NCBI GenBank assembly: GCA_964199315.1
Contig: OZ116702.1
Location: 31,744,001 to 31,808,000, forward strand
Source of the DNA: Orbicella franksi
Lineage: Eukaryota
Length of the DNA stretch: 64,000 nucleotides
Reading direction: 5' to 3'
Part shown: piece by piece, positions 30,901 through 45,700 of the stretch
How positions within the stretch are numbered: position 1 is the first letter of the stretch
Layout: each line of letters starts with the position of its first letter
The notes under the pieces: generated by a model
Told to the model about the DNA's origin: nothing
Seen by the model: the letters and a program-made list of their open reading frames with translations, nothing else
The model's database searches: none
Program-made: the position numbers and the translations under genes

Positions 30901-33900
30901 GTATGATAAGCAAGGGTTCGTGGAGAGGAATGAAACCAGTTAATGATTTACCAAACCAGTATTACAGCGTTTATATGGAATTTAATGTTAAATAGTTTCT
31001 GCAAAATTTGTACTCTGAAATATTGCATATTTCATGAACGTGACGGTGCCTAGAGATCTGATTATAATTAGCATAGATTTCACGATTTTATTTCTCCGTT
31101 TACTCCTTAGTTTTAGTTTCGATTGAGAAGATATATCCAACACTCAAGACAGTGTTTCACCTCATTATCAAACACCTCGAAGCTCTTCAAAAATACTCCG
31201 CTGCGCGTCGTATTTTCAACTCTTTTCTCGGTGTCTTGAAATGTGGTCAAACACGGTCTTTCGTGTTTGATATAATTACGTAAAATACACTCACCATTCT
31301 GCCTTGGAGACCTTGACGGCCAGGCGACCCTTGGATTCCACGTTCACCCTGGAAAATAAAGATTAAAACTGGTGATCAGATTCGGGGTTAACATTATTGT
31401 ATACTAACTGAAAAAAACTCAAGCAAAAAAAAAAAAAAAAGAAAAAGCTGAGCATTTCGGGTGGGTATGCATCAATGACCCTTTCTTTGGTTCACAAGCC
31501 ATCTTTCAGGGGCAGTGAAGGAAAACTGATATTGTAAGAAGCTTGAAATAAAAACAAGTAGAGGAACCACAACACGGCCGAAAATGAAAACTATGGAACA
31601 GTACCTTCACGTGGTATTGTTTACTGTACTGTATAAGATGGTTACAACGTTTAAGTCTGCAGCTGAGACCCGAGTGTGTGACCATTCAAATGAAAGCTAT
31701 GGAACAGTACCTTCGTGTGGCACTGTTTTTGTATGCCAGCAAGGTGGTTCTAATTTTTTAGTCTGTGAATTAAATCCTAGTGTGTGACCATCTCAAATGA
31801 AAGCTATTGTTGTATTGCTCAGTATGCTCTACAATCTAAGGCGCAAGTAGTAAAGAAGTCAATATACCTTCTCCCCCTTGACTCCTTGGCCTCCGCGTGC
31901 TCCTTTTGCACCCTCAGCTCCCTAAAATGGAGAACAACAAGTTGTTATTTAATACCGACATAGCTAAAAATCCCTTTAAATTGATTTGAGGATGAAATAC
32001 TTCTAGTTCTCATTACTTACAGTATTTCCTGGCAGTCCACGATCGCCGTTGGCACCATTTTCACCTGGAGCGCCCTAGAAAAAGAAATGAAAAAGAAAAA
32101 ACAAAACAAAACAAAAAAACGTTTTACACGAGGCTTGTATCAGTGCAAAATCGAACCATGGGCTTTACCTGCGATCCTATGGGTCCGCGGTCTCCCTGTG
32201 CACCTCTCGGCCCAGGCCCTCCACGGGCTCCCTGAGCACCATCGTTTCCTGCCAGGCCTGGGAATCCCTTGGCGCCCTGTAGGATAAACAGCACATGGTC
32301 ACTTGAAGTTATCAGACGAACGTGAATACAAATGCATTCTTCAGACATTTGAGCAGCAGCTGAATCGAGCTGGCTGAAACGTTTCTCATGTAGGCCTAAA
32401 CCGGCTTTTTGTGTGCCTCTGAATATTGTGACGAACATAAACCTTTCCAAGAACGTTAATCAAGTGCTATCTGGAAGACACTCTCTTGTAAGGGTTTCAA
32501 CATCTTTCCCCCTCTCTTGTTCACTGGTTACATATGATTCCACTTTATCACAAGGAGAACGTCGTGACAGCAAAACACACAGATCTAATAACAATTACAC
32601 TGCACGTGTTGTCCACTGATTTGTTCGCCACCCTTAGACTGCTGGTAGCCGGTTTTTTCTCTTAGGGTCACTTGGACGAGTGTTTAGCCATTGCGAACAC
32701 AAAAACGCGGTAGTCTCGACCCATTCTCCTTTAGGCTTAAGCGTCTCGCCTCATAATAACCCCTGCTGAATTTCGAGAGATTAACAGACTGCCAACAGTC
32801 TACCGCCCTCTACTGAAAACCATATGAAATGAAAATTCTATATGTATTTCTTTTCACAAAAATGTGAACTATAACGGCCGTATTACCACGTTTTTATTTG
32901 AAATTGAACGTTGCCTTAACATATTTAACTGGAAGGTAGCTCCGACACGAAGACACACTCTAAATATTCCCAGAAAATCGACGTCATGTTCCGCCTCACA
33001 GGCTTGTTACTTAACCTCGCTAAAATGTTCCCAGCAACCCCACCTAAACAGGACATTTGTTACAGAAGTAGGCCGAGGGAATAAATCAGAAAGACGTGAT
33101 GAAGAGCTAATGAAGTTACCTTTACTCCTCTTTCGCCGGGTGCTCCGGGTGTTCCGGGTATTCCGGGTGTTCCCTACAAACACAGCATGACACAACACTT
33201 GCCTTGAATTTTATTTCTTTAAGCTGTTTAATTAGGTTGTATTACATTTTTTTTCCCATTAGAATAACCCACTCCTCATGAATACCACACCACTTGACGC
33301 CATTTAACTAGAGACATTTTTTTTCTCATTATAACAGGCCATGCCCGAGTTGCCTTTTGCCTCCGTATAAAAACGAGTCTTCGCACGAAATCATTCATAT
33401 GAAATTGTGTTTCCCCTACAGGTTCATTTTCGTACAATTAACTCCTTTTCATATGAAAGGTTTTGCATGAGGACTTGTTTTGAAACGGAGGCGGAAATGG
33501 CCTATTATCGTTGTTTAACCCTCGTCTACAGTTTTACGGGTATTCTCTGGCTTGTAATCCGTATTCAGCGTGCCTTAGTTTCTTGTGAAAAAATTCGACT
33601 GTTGCAAGCGGCTCTCTCCACTATTTGTTGTATTATTTGCCCTTTACTTCTCATAGAAATGTTTTCTATTCGGCTGAGCGAAGCGAACGAGAATACCAGT
33701 CTCGTATGTCTCGCAAATGTGCAACAGGATACGTTCACCGATGTATGTACGAGACCGTACCGAATAACGTCGACAAAAGTAAGGCCACGTTATTTATTCT
33801 CACTTTCATCTTCAGAGCGGCGATCTGATGACTTGTGCACTGTATTTCGGATTGACTGAGTATTTTTGGATTCGAGCCTTGTCTCACGTCACTTTCACAG

Positions 33901-36900
33901 CGTCTTTTGCGGTGTATAAATGGGTACTGACAAATTCAACTGCGAAGGGTAACCCTGCGATGAGCTAACGTCTCATCCAGGGGAGAGTTGAAATACTCCT
34001 TGACTCTTCATTCTACAGAAACCAAGAAAGCGCCAATGCAATGGGTTTACAGGCTCAAGCACGGACTTTTCCTTCCGTCCATCTTCCTTTGACATCCCTT
34101 TGCTTGGTCATAGGCATCGTTAACACCTTAGATTTGAGCTCTACAATGTATGTGTAATTCGTATGTGCGTATATTATTTTACATCATAACTTACATCTGT
34201 GCCTGGGAAGCCGGGTTTACCAGGTGGTCCGGGGGGTCCGTCAGGTCCCTAGAACAAACAGTGAATAGTTTAAGAACTAAATCATTTAATATATGTTATT
34301 CAAAATAATAGTGGTCTGATGGTTAGCGCATTAAAGCCCGTAATCGAGCGGTCCGGTTCAAGAGCCGGCTCGGGTCACTGTGATATGATCTTGGGTAAGA
34401 CACTAACTCTCAAGGCTTTTTAAGCCGAGGTGTATAAAAGGGTAGCAGTGGAGTGTTTGGCCAACCTCAAAAATGCTGGCATTCCATCCCGGCGGAGTAG
34501 CAAAGCTCATAGTCGTTTCATGCTACTGAAACCTGAGAGCTAAGCAAAGACACTTAGCCACACAGAGCCTTAACAATTAATAATTGTCCTCATCGCCTTC
34601 TAGCGTATCTAAGCACACCAGTCGAAATATACAATTAGATCACCAGTCAGTCACTCCTCGGGTGTCCAATGACAACATTCAGGTGTCCTGCATTTGATTG
34701 GGCTCTTATTTTTAACTGAATCTTCCTTCTTCGTACAGAGATTATTATCATTATTGCTACCAGGAATTGCTTTGTCTTCATTTCCTTTCTATTCTGTCTA
34801 CGCTGAACAAGCTGCGCTCTCCCTTTGCAGTGGACATTACGCGAAAGATACAGACTGGACTCCACTCAGTCCCATTCCTCTCACCTCTTCTCCGGGAATG
34901 CCATCAGCTCCAAGTTCACCCGGGGCTCCAGATTCACCCTGAAACAAACACATGTGAATGACGTAAGAACGGAAACCTTACCCTAATCTAGTTACCATAT
35001 CTCTTGGAGGCGAAGGCAAAGAGATCTGGGACGAGATTAGCCGTATGCAGCGTGTTCACACAGACGATGTGTTTTGCACAGTGTGACCACGGTTTAACCA
35101 GGTCACGTGACAGGCTTCTGCATTGGACCTCGGTATGTAACAATTCCCAGCGATTTATCCCGCCTACTGAAACAGTTGTTTGTCTTAAACAGTCGGCCAT
35201 CTTGGATTTAACAAACTTTTAACTCACCCTTGGTCCTTTGCGGCCGGGGGGTCCCTGGGGACCTGGTCCACCATTCAGTCCCTGCAAAAAACATTTCAGT
35301 GTTTTGTAATGCAGTAACCAGGAAAACAAACAAACAAACAAACAAACAAACAAACAAATAAATAAATAAATAAATAAATTAATTAATTAATTAATGACCA
35401 AGAAGCGGGCAAGATACTTCCTTCTCGCAGTGCCTATCTCCGCCTGGCTGATATGTTGGGACATCTGGATAGCTCAGAATGATGGCAAGTAGCCTGAAAT
35501 GGACTAGCATTCCATCTAGGGGTAGCTCGGTTATGAGCCACTGAACTTTAGGCTTTCTCATTTAATAAACGATCAGGAGGATTTTGGATTGGATGCTGAC
35601 CAGGAAATTTGAGGGATTAAAATTCACTTTACTTGTGAAAATATATAATTACATGCAAGTTCATTTTCTTGGAAAACAATTGTTACGTAGGCTAAACTCT
35701 GACAGCCCCAGTTTTTGTTTTAGAAACTGTAATAATTATAAAATGTCTTCAATTTCAAATTCTGCACAAGCATCAATCCTGTCTTGTAAATCAGAGTGTG
35801 GTGGGAAGTGATCAACTTTTAAGACCATAAGTGATTCTTGTCGTCATACTTACCGCCTCGCCTATGTCTCCTCTCGGTCCTGGAGGACCCGGAGGGCCTG
35901 GGGGACCCTATCAAAGAATAGCAAAGAAACAAAAAATTACCATATGACCTTATCTGGCTCGCTGGTAGTCCGCTATCAAAACAATGTGCCATAATACGTG
36001 GAAAAGAGCCACGCAAGGTATCGTGAGAGGGACCAAACCTTTAAGAGGCCGGAGTATGACATTTTCCATCTCAGCTGTGCACACTCTACTAAATTTGGCA
36101 ATTCAAAACTGCTTGCAATTGCTGCAAGTTTTCCTTATTTTCACCCGCTTTTCTTATTATTGGTCCAGCCTGTTACTTCACATCAATGAATGGCAATCTT
36201 GCAGTAACCGTCAAGTTTCTGGATCAAACTCAGCCACGTTACCACGTTTTAAGTCTGTGGATGAAACCCTAGTGTGTGACCATTCAAATGAACGCTATTA
36301 AGCAGTACTTTCATGTGGTACTGTTTACGCTGTGGTTCTAACGTTTAGTCTGTGGATAAAAATGGGGCGTGTTACCAGTACTTCGTTTGGTACAATTTGT
36401 TGTGCTGTACAAGGTGGTTCTAACTTTCAATAGCAAGTTTGTGACCATTTAACTGACACCTGTTGAGCTCTAGTTTCGTGTGGTGCTGATAGTTTTCCAA
36501 TTCTTCTCAAATGAAATTCACACTTTTGACTTAGAATTAGAATAGTTCGCTGTTTTCTGTCTACTACACTCAGGACACAAAACAGACTTCAACACAAGCT
36601 TGATTCTCACCCGTTTGCCTCTTTCTCCTCCACTTCCTCTCGCCCCTGGTCTCCCGTCTTGACCCTGTTAAAATTGAAGAAAATTAGAAACATCTATCAA
36701 CGCATTGTAGATTTGAAGAGCGTTTTGACTCATTTTCTTTTCTCTGATTTTTATCGTCCATCTAATGAAATCTATGGTGCACGATGTAAACAGTCAGTCA
36801 GCATAAATAGCCATAAACCTTTCTTCATTGTTATCTATCTCTTTTGTGACTAGGTGTCACACAAGGGCTCGACTTTGTTCATTTACCGGCTGTTAAAAAA

Positions 36901-39697
36901 AGTCTGAGGAGCAATTGGGAGAGCATAAAAAAGGAGACTTACAGGCTGTCCGGTCAGGCCTTGCTTGCCATCAGCACCGGGTTCACCGGGATCACCCTAT
37001 CATGTACAAAAGGAAACAAACAAATCCTAAATAAACGAACGAACGGGTGAATGAACGAACTACCGAACGAACGGGTCAATTAACGAACTATCGAACGAAC
37101 GAACGAGTTAATGAATGAATAAATGAATGAATGAACCAACCAAGCAACGAGTGAATTAATGAATGACTAAACGAACGAGCAAACGAACGAACGAATGTAA
37201 GCATGAATAAATGAACGAACGAACGAACGAACGAATGAACGAGTGAATGAATGAACAAATACATAAATAACTAAACAAACAATATCAAATAATCAAGACA
37301 TCAAGTCGTGACGTTAATAAGAACGATAAAGCTGTCTAAGAAGTTGATAATAAAATGCAATACTCCATCAAGAACTTTCTGTCCCATCAATGATCAAACT
37401 AAGTCACATAGTGTCTCTCTGATACAATAATGGCCAGTTTGAGAGAAGTCTTAGACGACAAGAGGGGCAGCCACTCTTTTAAGTTGCCAGTTGCGACAGA
37501 AAGTGGGGCAGAGCACCTTCGCCAGTTAGCATAAGGCTTCTCTAGTCAACTTGAACCAAGTTTTTACAGCCCCCTCCAAATGACAATACCTTTGCTCCGT
37601 CCAGTCCCCTCTCTCCGTCTGGGCCGGGGGGTCCGACAGGTCCCTGTTAAGTGAACAAAAGATGACGAATCATTTAAAAAAGGGGGTCGGGGAGGGAGAG
37701 CCTCAGCTATTCTACAGCATTGCCACTGAGGTGATAACTTAGAACACCTTTGCTATCATTTCAATTACGCCATTTTTCAATTCAAAATGGCTTGTAGTAA
37801 AATTATTTTCATTGTTATTTTCATCATGTTTGACTACTAGATACGAAACTCTCTGGCGAGGGTTACTTGACATAATATTTCAGTCGAAACGATCACTTAC
37901 AGTAAAGTTATTTCGCAGCTTAGTTTGAACATAGTTAATGGTTTGAATTGTCAAAATAAGTTCTTTCTTTTATTTTCCTCTTATCTTTCGCTTGTTGAAG
38001 ATACTTTATTTCTCTTTATCGGTGTCGAAATATCTTTGTACTTAGATATCAATTGCTATCAGTTTGTTGATTTTTTAGATGAGTTACAACAAGACTAGTA
38101 TATTTCTTGGAGAACAGATTCAAGTATCTCTCGATTAAGTTAACTTGTCCTGTGGATTCATCCCACAGCCTGCGGGTCTACCGGACGTGTCACGAACGTG
38201 TCATGTATTCTCAATATCTGAGGCGATCTATCTTGCAGCTTAGGGTTTGCTAGATGGTTTATCTTCGGGACGAGATACTACACTAGCATGAAGATTTGAA
38301 TCACTTCAGACTGAAATATTTGACAGAATGCGTTTTGTAAGAAAAAGCAGTTCCAATACAAAGATACTCACAAGAAGTCCAATAGGTCCTGGCGCTCCAT
38401 TTTCACCCGGCGGTCCAACTGTTCCCTGTTGGAAAACAAGTTAGCAAAGATCATTTCCTATAACGTTCCTTCCTTGCGATACAGCCGGTAAACCTGCGGT
38501 GCAGCCAGAAGTACCACAGACAGGTTAAACCGGCAGTGTAGACTCCCTGCGTCGCAGGCTAAAGGTCCTCACACTCAGACCTTTAACTAGTTAGAGCGGT
38601 TTTCTTTCGAGTGTCGAAAAGTAATTGGTTTTACATTACTACACAACACGATTGGCTTAAAAAACTCGCGCCACTTTTTTGTCCAATCAGAAATAAAACC
38701 AAAACCAATTGTGACCCGCCTGCACTCGTTTTCCCGCGCTTTGCGTGAGCTGCATGTACTTCAAGTTGTGATTGGTTTAATGAATTGTTTGTGTCCTTTG
38801 TGATTGGTTAGAGTTATGGCATTGTTTAAGTGGATGACATGTAACTAGCTTCATACTCATTATGGTAGGGTAAGGTCTGACTGCGCGGATTCGGCACTAG
38901 ATCTAAAATTGAATTTTTGAACAGTTGAAGTCCTTCGTTCAGAATATCCGAGGTAACGAGGTTCTTTCCTTAACAGCCCCTTGGATCCCAATACCTGGTC
39001 AGTTATTCTTTTCACATCAGACAGTTTCAATTAATAATATATCGACGATAAAGTCTGATAAGCCTTATTTACGATCGCTGCAGCATAAGTCATGAAATTT
39101 CTGAGGAGCCAATAATATAAAATCGGCAAATTTCAACTAACTTCAAAGACCTGCTGACCAATTTTTTTTCATAGCCATGCACCCCTTAAAGTGCCATTGT
39201 TTTGTTTCCTTTTTATGTTGTCGCTCACGTTTTCTAAATTTCTCTCGCGTTCTCAAATGCCCGTCGTACTCTATGACAATATAGTAAATGACTTTTGTGT
39301 CTAATATGAGTATACCGAACTTTCCGCGAATTCACTGAAAAGCCGTCTACTTACAAGTGCTCCTAAGACACCGGGAGCTCCCACTGTTCCCTGAGGTCCG
39401 GGTGGTCCCTGAATAAAAAGACAGCAAGTGTTAATTGAAGACTTTAGAAGCATGTAAGGAAATAGGCAAGGGGTCAGGGACGGGTAAGGCCCAGTCATGG
39501 TTGGACTCGATCGAGTGCCTCTATCTATCTAAGAGTACCAGGGGTACTGAGGGAGGGACGGAGACGGAGAGGGAGGTAAAGGGGACAATGCCTTGGAGTT
39601 GTTATCATCCGCCATGCTTGATTCCTTCAAAGTACTCGAGAAAGAAGCCTAATTTTACAAAACAAAAAGCCAACAATCAAACAAAGAGTGTGTCTGT

Positions 39698-39728
<31 letters not shown>

Positions 39729-42682
39729 GGAGAACTTACAATTGGTCCTACATCTCCCTCGGGTCCAGGATCGCCAATATCTCCAGGAGCGCCCTAGAAA
39801 TAAGTAAAAATATCACATGAGAACCCATCAATCAATAATTAATATTTATTTTAGTCTATGAGTCATGAACGCCATGCCCGTATCATCCAAACAGAGTAAA
39901 ATCGCACTTCATTGCGTTAGTCACAAACCTGTTCTCCAGCCTCTCCCATTGGTCCGGGAGGTCCGGGTGGTCCTGGCGAACCCTGGGTCAAAAGAAACGC
40001 ACTCGTTATTGAGCTACTACAGAGATGTACAGTTCAATTCAACGTGTTGTATTCTAGAGGAAGACATTCTAGTCTCAAAGAAAATCTCAAAAATGGGTCA
40101 TCAACTCAAAAAGCGAAATAGGTCCAACTATAAAACAATCTTGTTTTAATATAATGGTAACAATGACAGTGTCGATTGCGATGGTTGGGACATGTGCACC
40201 AAATGAAGGAAGGTCGAATACCAAAGGATGTCATGAAAGGCGAGCTGGCCATAGGACACCACCTAGTTAGCCATCCAGTCCAGTGCTTCAAGGATGTCTG
40301 CAAGTATGACCTCAAACTCACAGGCATCGACACTGACAGCTGGGAACTGCTTGCATACGACCGCAGTGGCTGGCGCCGCGCCGTTCGAGAAGAGGTCAAG
40401 AGGGGCGAGGAAACGCGCAGCCAACAGCTGGAGGACAGGAGACAACGCAGGAAGGAGACAACGCAGGAAGGAGACAACGCAGGAAGGAGACAACGCAGGA
40501 AGCAATCACAGCAATGACAGGCCATCAATCCTCCCTCCACCACTTCCTGCGGAAAAGACTGTTATGCAAGGATCGGACTGGTGAGCCATTCCAGACTGCT
40601 CCAGGAGCAGTCTTGGCCAACCAAGGCGCCTACTACTACTACCAACAATGACAGCTAATGAAGATAGCAATTTTCAACTTACGTCTGCTCCGTTCTCACC
40701 AGGAGGTCCGGGTACACCGGGAGCACCGCGTGGACCCTGCAAAAAACCATTCATTGATTGACTGATTGATTAACGATTAATACCATACTCATCATCAAGC
40801 TTATACTCTTACTTCCCAAGCATCATTATATAACAAACATTTCCACTTTAAATCTACATCACAACGAGAGCAATTTAGCTTCACTATTGAAGTATTTAAG
40901 TGGCTTATCTCAGGAAATGGTTAAGGCCATTAGGATATGTTTGCCTTTAACGGACACTCAACACGAAAACGCAAACTTTTAAAATTGTTCTCGACTTTTG
41001 GCTTAAAAATACATAAAAGTCTAGGTTTTGAACTGCAATCTTTTATATCTCCTGCTAAACCAATTAGGGTACTTGCCGTTGCTTTTGATAAGCGATGGCC
41101 TATTCAAAACTCAGGCACGTAGTCGAATTGTTCAACATGACCAGCTCCCAGTTCACTTGACAGCTAAATGGGTAGAGCACTGCACCGGTATCGCAGAGGT
41201 CATGGGTTCAGATCCCGTTCGAGCCTAAATTTTTATCTTTTTTTTTTTTTCAGGCTTTAATTTCACAGCTGCTTAAGTTGTGTATATAACTGCGATAATC
41301 AGTCGTGTCTTCATATCTTTCTCCCTAGTTCAAACATATGATCTTTCATATATTCACTTGTATGTTCAAACTAAATCACTTAGACACCGTCTATGGCCTT
41401 GTGTTTAGCGTGTTGCTCTCTGGGTCAAACAATCTCAGTGAGTTCTACTGCTGAGGGCCAATTTGTTGTGCTCTTGAGCGAGACACTTAACTCTCTCAGT
41501 AAATGGATACAGATTGTTACACGACCTGCCATTGAAGAAGAAAATCAAATGTTGATAGGTACTCACAGCAAGGCCAGAATCTCCAGGGACGCCCGGTGTT
41601 CCAAAACTGCCAGGGGCACCCTACAAGAAGAAGCACATTTCAACACATCTAAACTAAAAGGACATGGTTTGCATGGAGTGGATTTTTTTTTCTCAATAAA
41701 CAGCGTAATCAGTTGACTAAATCTATTTTGAAGTGACCTTAAAGCAAATTCAAACATGATTCGGATAACCCTCTCAAACTCATTAATAATTCCTCAAGTT
41801 TATCAAGGAAATCATGAACGTGACGGTGTTTGGATATCAAATCTTAATTAGCATGGTTTTTTACGTTTTTAATTTCTCTGTTTTCTCCTTAGTTTTAGTT
41901 TCGATTGAAAAGATATTAATTTATACCAAACACTCAAGAAAGTGTTTAACCACATTTCCAAACACCCTGGAGTTCGTCCAAAATACTCCGCTGTGCGTCG
42001 TATTTTCAACTCTCTTCTCAGTGTTTGGAAATATGGCCAAACACGGTCTTTCGTGTTTGATATATCACTTCATCCAACGTCATTACACTTACAGAAAAAC
42101 CGCCATTGAAACTGTTTGAAGTTAACTTTGCTCATGCCATAAGAGTGCACGAGTCGATTATACTGCACAATTACATATAGAGAGTTTGATAGTGCGGCTT
42201 TGCCCGCTGCGTTGTAAGTATTGTTAGAATACTTTGCTTTTACCCGTATGGTGTATAAATACACTCTTTTTTTTTTTAATAAGAATATTGTTTTTCCGGC
42301 CGAGGCTGAATACTCTTATTTTTCAGCCGATTTAAGAGTGAAAATATTCTTGTGAATATTCTTAGATTATACCGTATGGCATTTCTGTTTTCGATTGTAT
42401 TTGGTGTTTGGATGGTGTTGAAGTAATTTTGGAGCCAGCCTACAGACATTATATATGGGTTATTGACCAAGTGTGAGGTCAAGATGGCTGGATATTGGCC
42501 AAGTTCTTTTTTTGCGTGTTTATGGACCGTGACGGAGTCGAAGTTCATAAACTCGCAAAAAAAGAACTTGGCCAATATCCAACCATCTTGACCTCACACT
42601 TGGTCAATAAAGGATTTATTATATGGCTTTCGGGGAAATTTTTCTTGCGGGACGCGCCGGGTAGTCCCGAGCGGGCAAGATA

Positions 42683-42713
<31 letters not shown>

Positions 42714-45700
42714 CAGCGCAGGATTTGATTCATCTTGCCCGCTCACGGAGTTAGCCATATAATGAAGCTTGATATCACACAGATAACTTCTCGCAGAAAT
42801 GTTATTAGCATCAAACACACGGCTAGTGCTGTTTTTGTTGCTTTTTAGCCAAGTTTGCCGTTTAGAGAAAGGAAGAATTTTATACGGTTTAGTTAAAAAC
42901 ATATAATTGTATTGTATTTACCAATTTTCAACAAACAAATTTAAATTATATTCTTTTCAAAATCTCAGACTTGGATTCATTCTTAAAATATTCTAAAAAT
43001 TTCACAAATTTCAGCCTCGAAATTCTTATAAAACATATTCTTGTAAAAAAAAAAGAGTGTAAAAGCTGTTGTTGGTTTCGTTATTGTTGTTGTTGTTGTT
43101 GTGTACATACCCTTGATCCACGCTCACCGGGGGCACCGGGAGCTCCGGGTGTTCCTGCAAATCCCTGTCAAGATCAGGCAGTAAAAACACATATTAACTT
43201 CTAAGAAAGGTTTTGCGGTTTGAAAAGCCGTCGTATGTGATTGCATTTCTATCACCATGCAACTCCCTCATAAATATTTCTATCTAACAAAGAAACATCT
43301 ACATGTGAAACCTTTTCCGTACTTCCTCTAAAATAGATCTCACTTAATATCCGGTTTACGTAAATGTAACTAACTTTCCTACTCTTCCCTTTGGAGTTTG
43401 CAGAGTTTTTACTATCATCAATTAATATGCGACTAGAGATGAACAAGATTATTCTGCATCACATAGGCTTCAAACTGCAATACGAGACAGTGGTGCTGTA
43501 AGATACTTAGCATATTTCCCCCCTGTTCCCCCTTTCGCCCAATGTGTCCCAACAAGACAGAGGTCTAGTTGGCAATTAACAAAACACTCTGCACAGCAGG
43601 AACTGAATAAATCTCACACGCGAAAATGAGCCACCCAAAAAACCATCAACAAAAAAACCCTGCGCATCCAGAATTTTTACAAAATATTTTCGTTTAAGAA
43701 AATGTTCCCCCACCACTTGCCGTGTAAAAAATGGTGTCTTAGGGAAGAGGTAACAACTGCTGTTTGTACTAAGTATGGAAACTAGAGCGAAAAGCCTATA
43801 ATTTATACCACATTCAAACATGGGGCACTTTCCATTCAACCAAAAATTCCGAAATTTTAGAAATGGGACCAAATGGTACAGAAATTTCCTGGAAACGGTT
43901 CCAGAAAATCCAGAAATTGTTGAATTTCCGAACAAAGAACAATTCAACCGAAAATTCCGCAAATCCCAGAATGAAATCAAATGGAACAGAAATTTCCAGG
44001 AAAATTTTTTCGATAATTTGGGTATACATGTACTTGAAGAGGTTGTCCTCTTTTTCGGGAATTATGTTAATTCGCCATTTTCTATGCAGCACTAGTTCTT
44101 TTGTCTATTAACACAGTGAGTAGGGCATCCCATGAAAAGATGACGGCGACGTGTATTAGAAAATGGATTATTTAACAATTAGACCCGTAGCCCTTTCGGG
44201 CTACGGGTCAAAAGCCCATCGTTTTCCACTCTGGTGCAGTCAACCGGAAAATTATGTTCCATTCCGAAAACGTTTGGTGAATGGAAAGCGCGCAAAGCTT
44301 CCTTCAGTCCCTGTATTCAGAAAGAAGCTCAAAAAGCTCTCTGATTTTCTCTTGTTTTTGCTGTTAGCTCTCTGCATGCACTTCAGGCCTATGCAGCTAA
44401 ATACGCACCCTTTTGCCATCCCTTCCGGGGTTTCCTCGGGCTCCGGATGGACCAGTGTCTCCCTGTGATAAAAGACAAAAAAAATATTAAGGCCACTTCC
44501 CAAACTCATCACTAATTCATTAAGTTTAAACAAAGGACATCATGACCGTGACGGTGTTTGAATATCTGATCTTAGATTTTTACGATTTTATTTCACCGTT
44601 TTCTCCTTAGTTTTAGTTTCGACTGAGAAGATATATCAAGCATGAAAAACCGTGTTTGACCACATTTCCAAACACCTCGAAGTTCATCTTAAGTACTCTG
44701 CTACGTGTCGTATTTTCAACTCTCTTCTCGATGTTTGGAATTGAGGTCAAACACGGTCTGTTTGATCTATTACTTCAGCAACTAGTGTTTTAGTGTTTAT
44801 GATCTTGCCCAAAACGTTCTGACTCAGCAGAATTCTTTTTGTGAGTGTGATCTGAATAATTTCAGATGTCAAAAGGAGAGGCCATAATAACATATCAAAT
44901 TATAATACATCAAAAATGTTTGCGCGCGATCGGTCTAAACGCGTCACGTGACTGAATATTTCCCAGCTAAAGCTGGAAAATATCCGAGTGATATTCCCAA
45001 ATTTTCAAAAATGCGCGTGTTTCGAAAAATATTTGAAGGATAATAAACACAATAACCTCCACTTGATGCGAAAATATCGACGGATACTTGTCCTTGGATA
45101 TTATCTGTTCGTGAAAGCTCTCAGTTTCCGCTTCTCGGAACAAACTACTCTCTTCTCGGAAACTTTCGCTTCGCGGAACAGGTAATTTGATATTTTTCGC
45201 GCCAAATGAAGGCTACTATTAATTTATTCTAAATTGTGTTTAAGAGAATCTTGGCTAAAAAATCTTTTGTTCCAAATGACAAGTTGATGGTTGTTTTTAA
45301 CTGACCGCGCAATGACGTCATAAATTACCATTAACTACACATGGCGTCGCCCTGGTGATTTTAACTGAAAATTAAACACTTTGCATTCAAATCACTAACA
45401 GAGATATCAACTTAAAGTTTAAGAGAACCATCAGGTATACTTTGGAACTTTAGCTGTTTTCCATCCAAGATTCCCTTCAACAGACAGTTCATTTCATTAC
45501 GTCACATCAAATTCACACAGAAATCTCAATGCCACCCTGAAAGAAGTTTCAGAGTCAATGGATTTCGCTTTTAAACACTAATTGCTTAGCTATATACCAT
45601 CGATAATGGGTAAGTTAACAATGCTCCCCCCCCGACACTTACTGTATCTCCTTTGCTTCCAGGGGGACCTGGTGGGCCAGGACGTCCAGGTGGACCCTAT

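Noticed and set aside
39690-39730. (GT)n plus poly-G tract as a G-quadruplex signal (similar tract at 46871-46895)
   Set aside because: Simple-sequence runs whose length is unreliable in assemblies. No further support.
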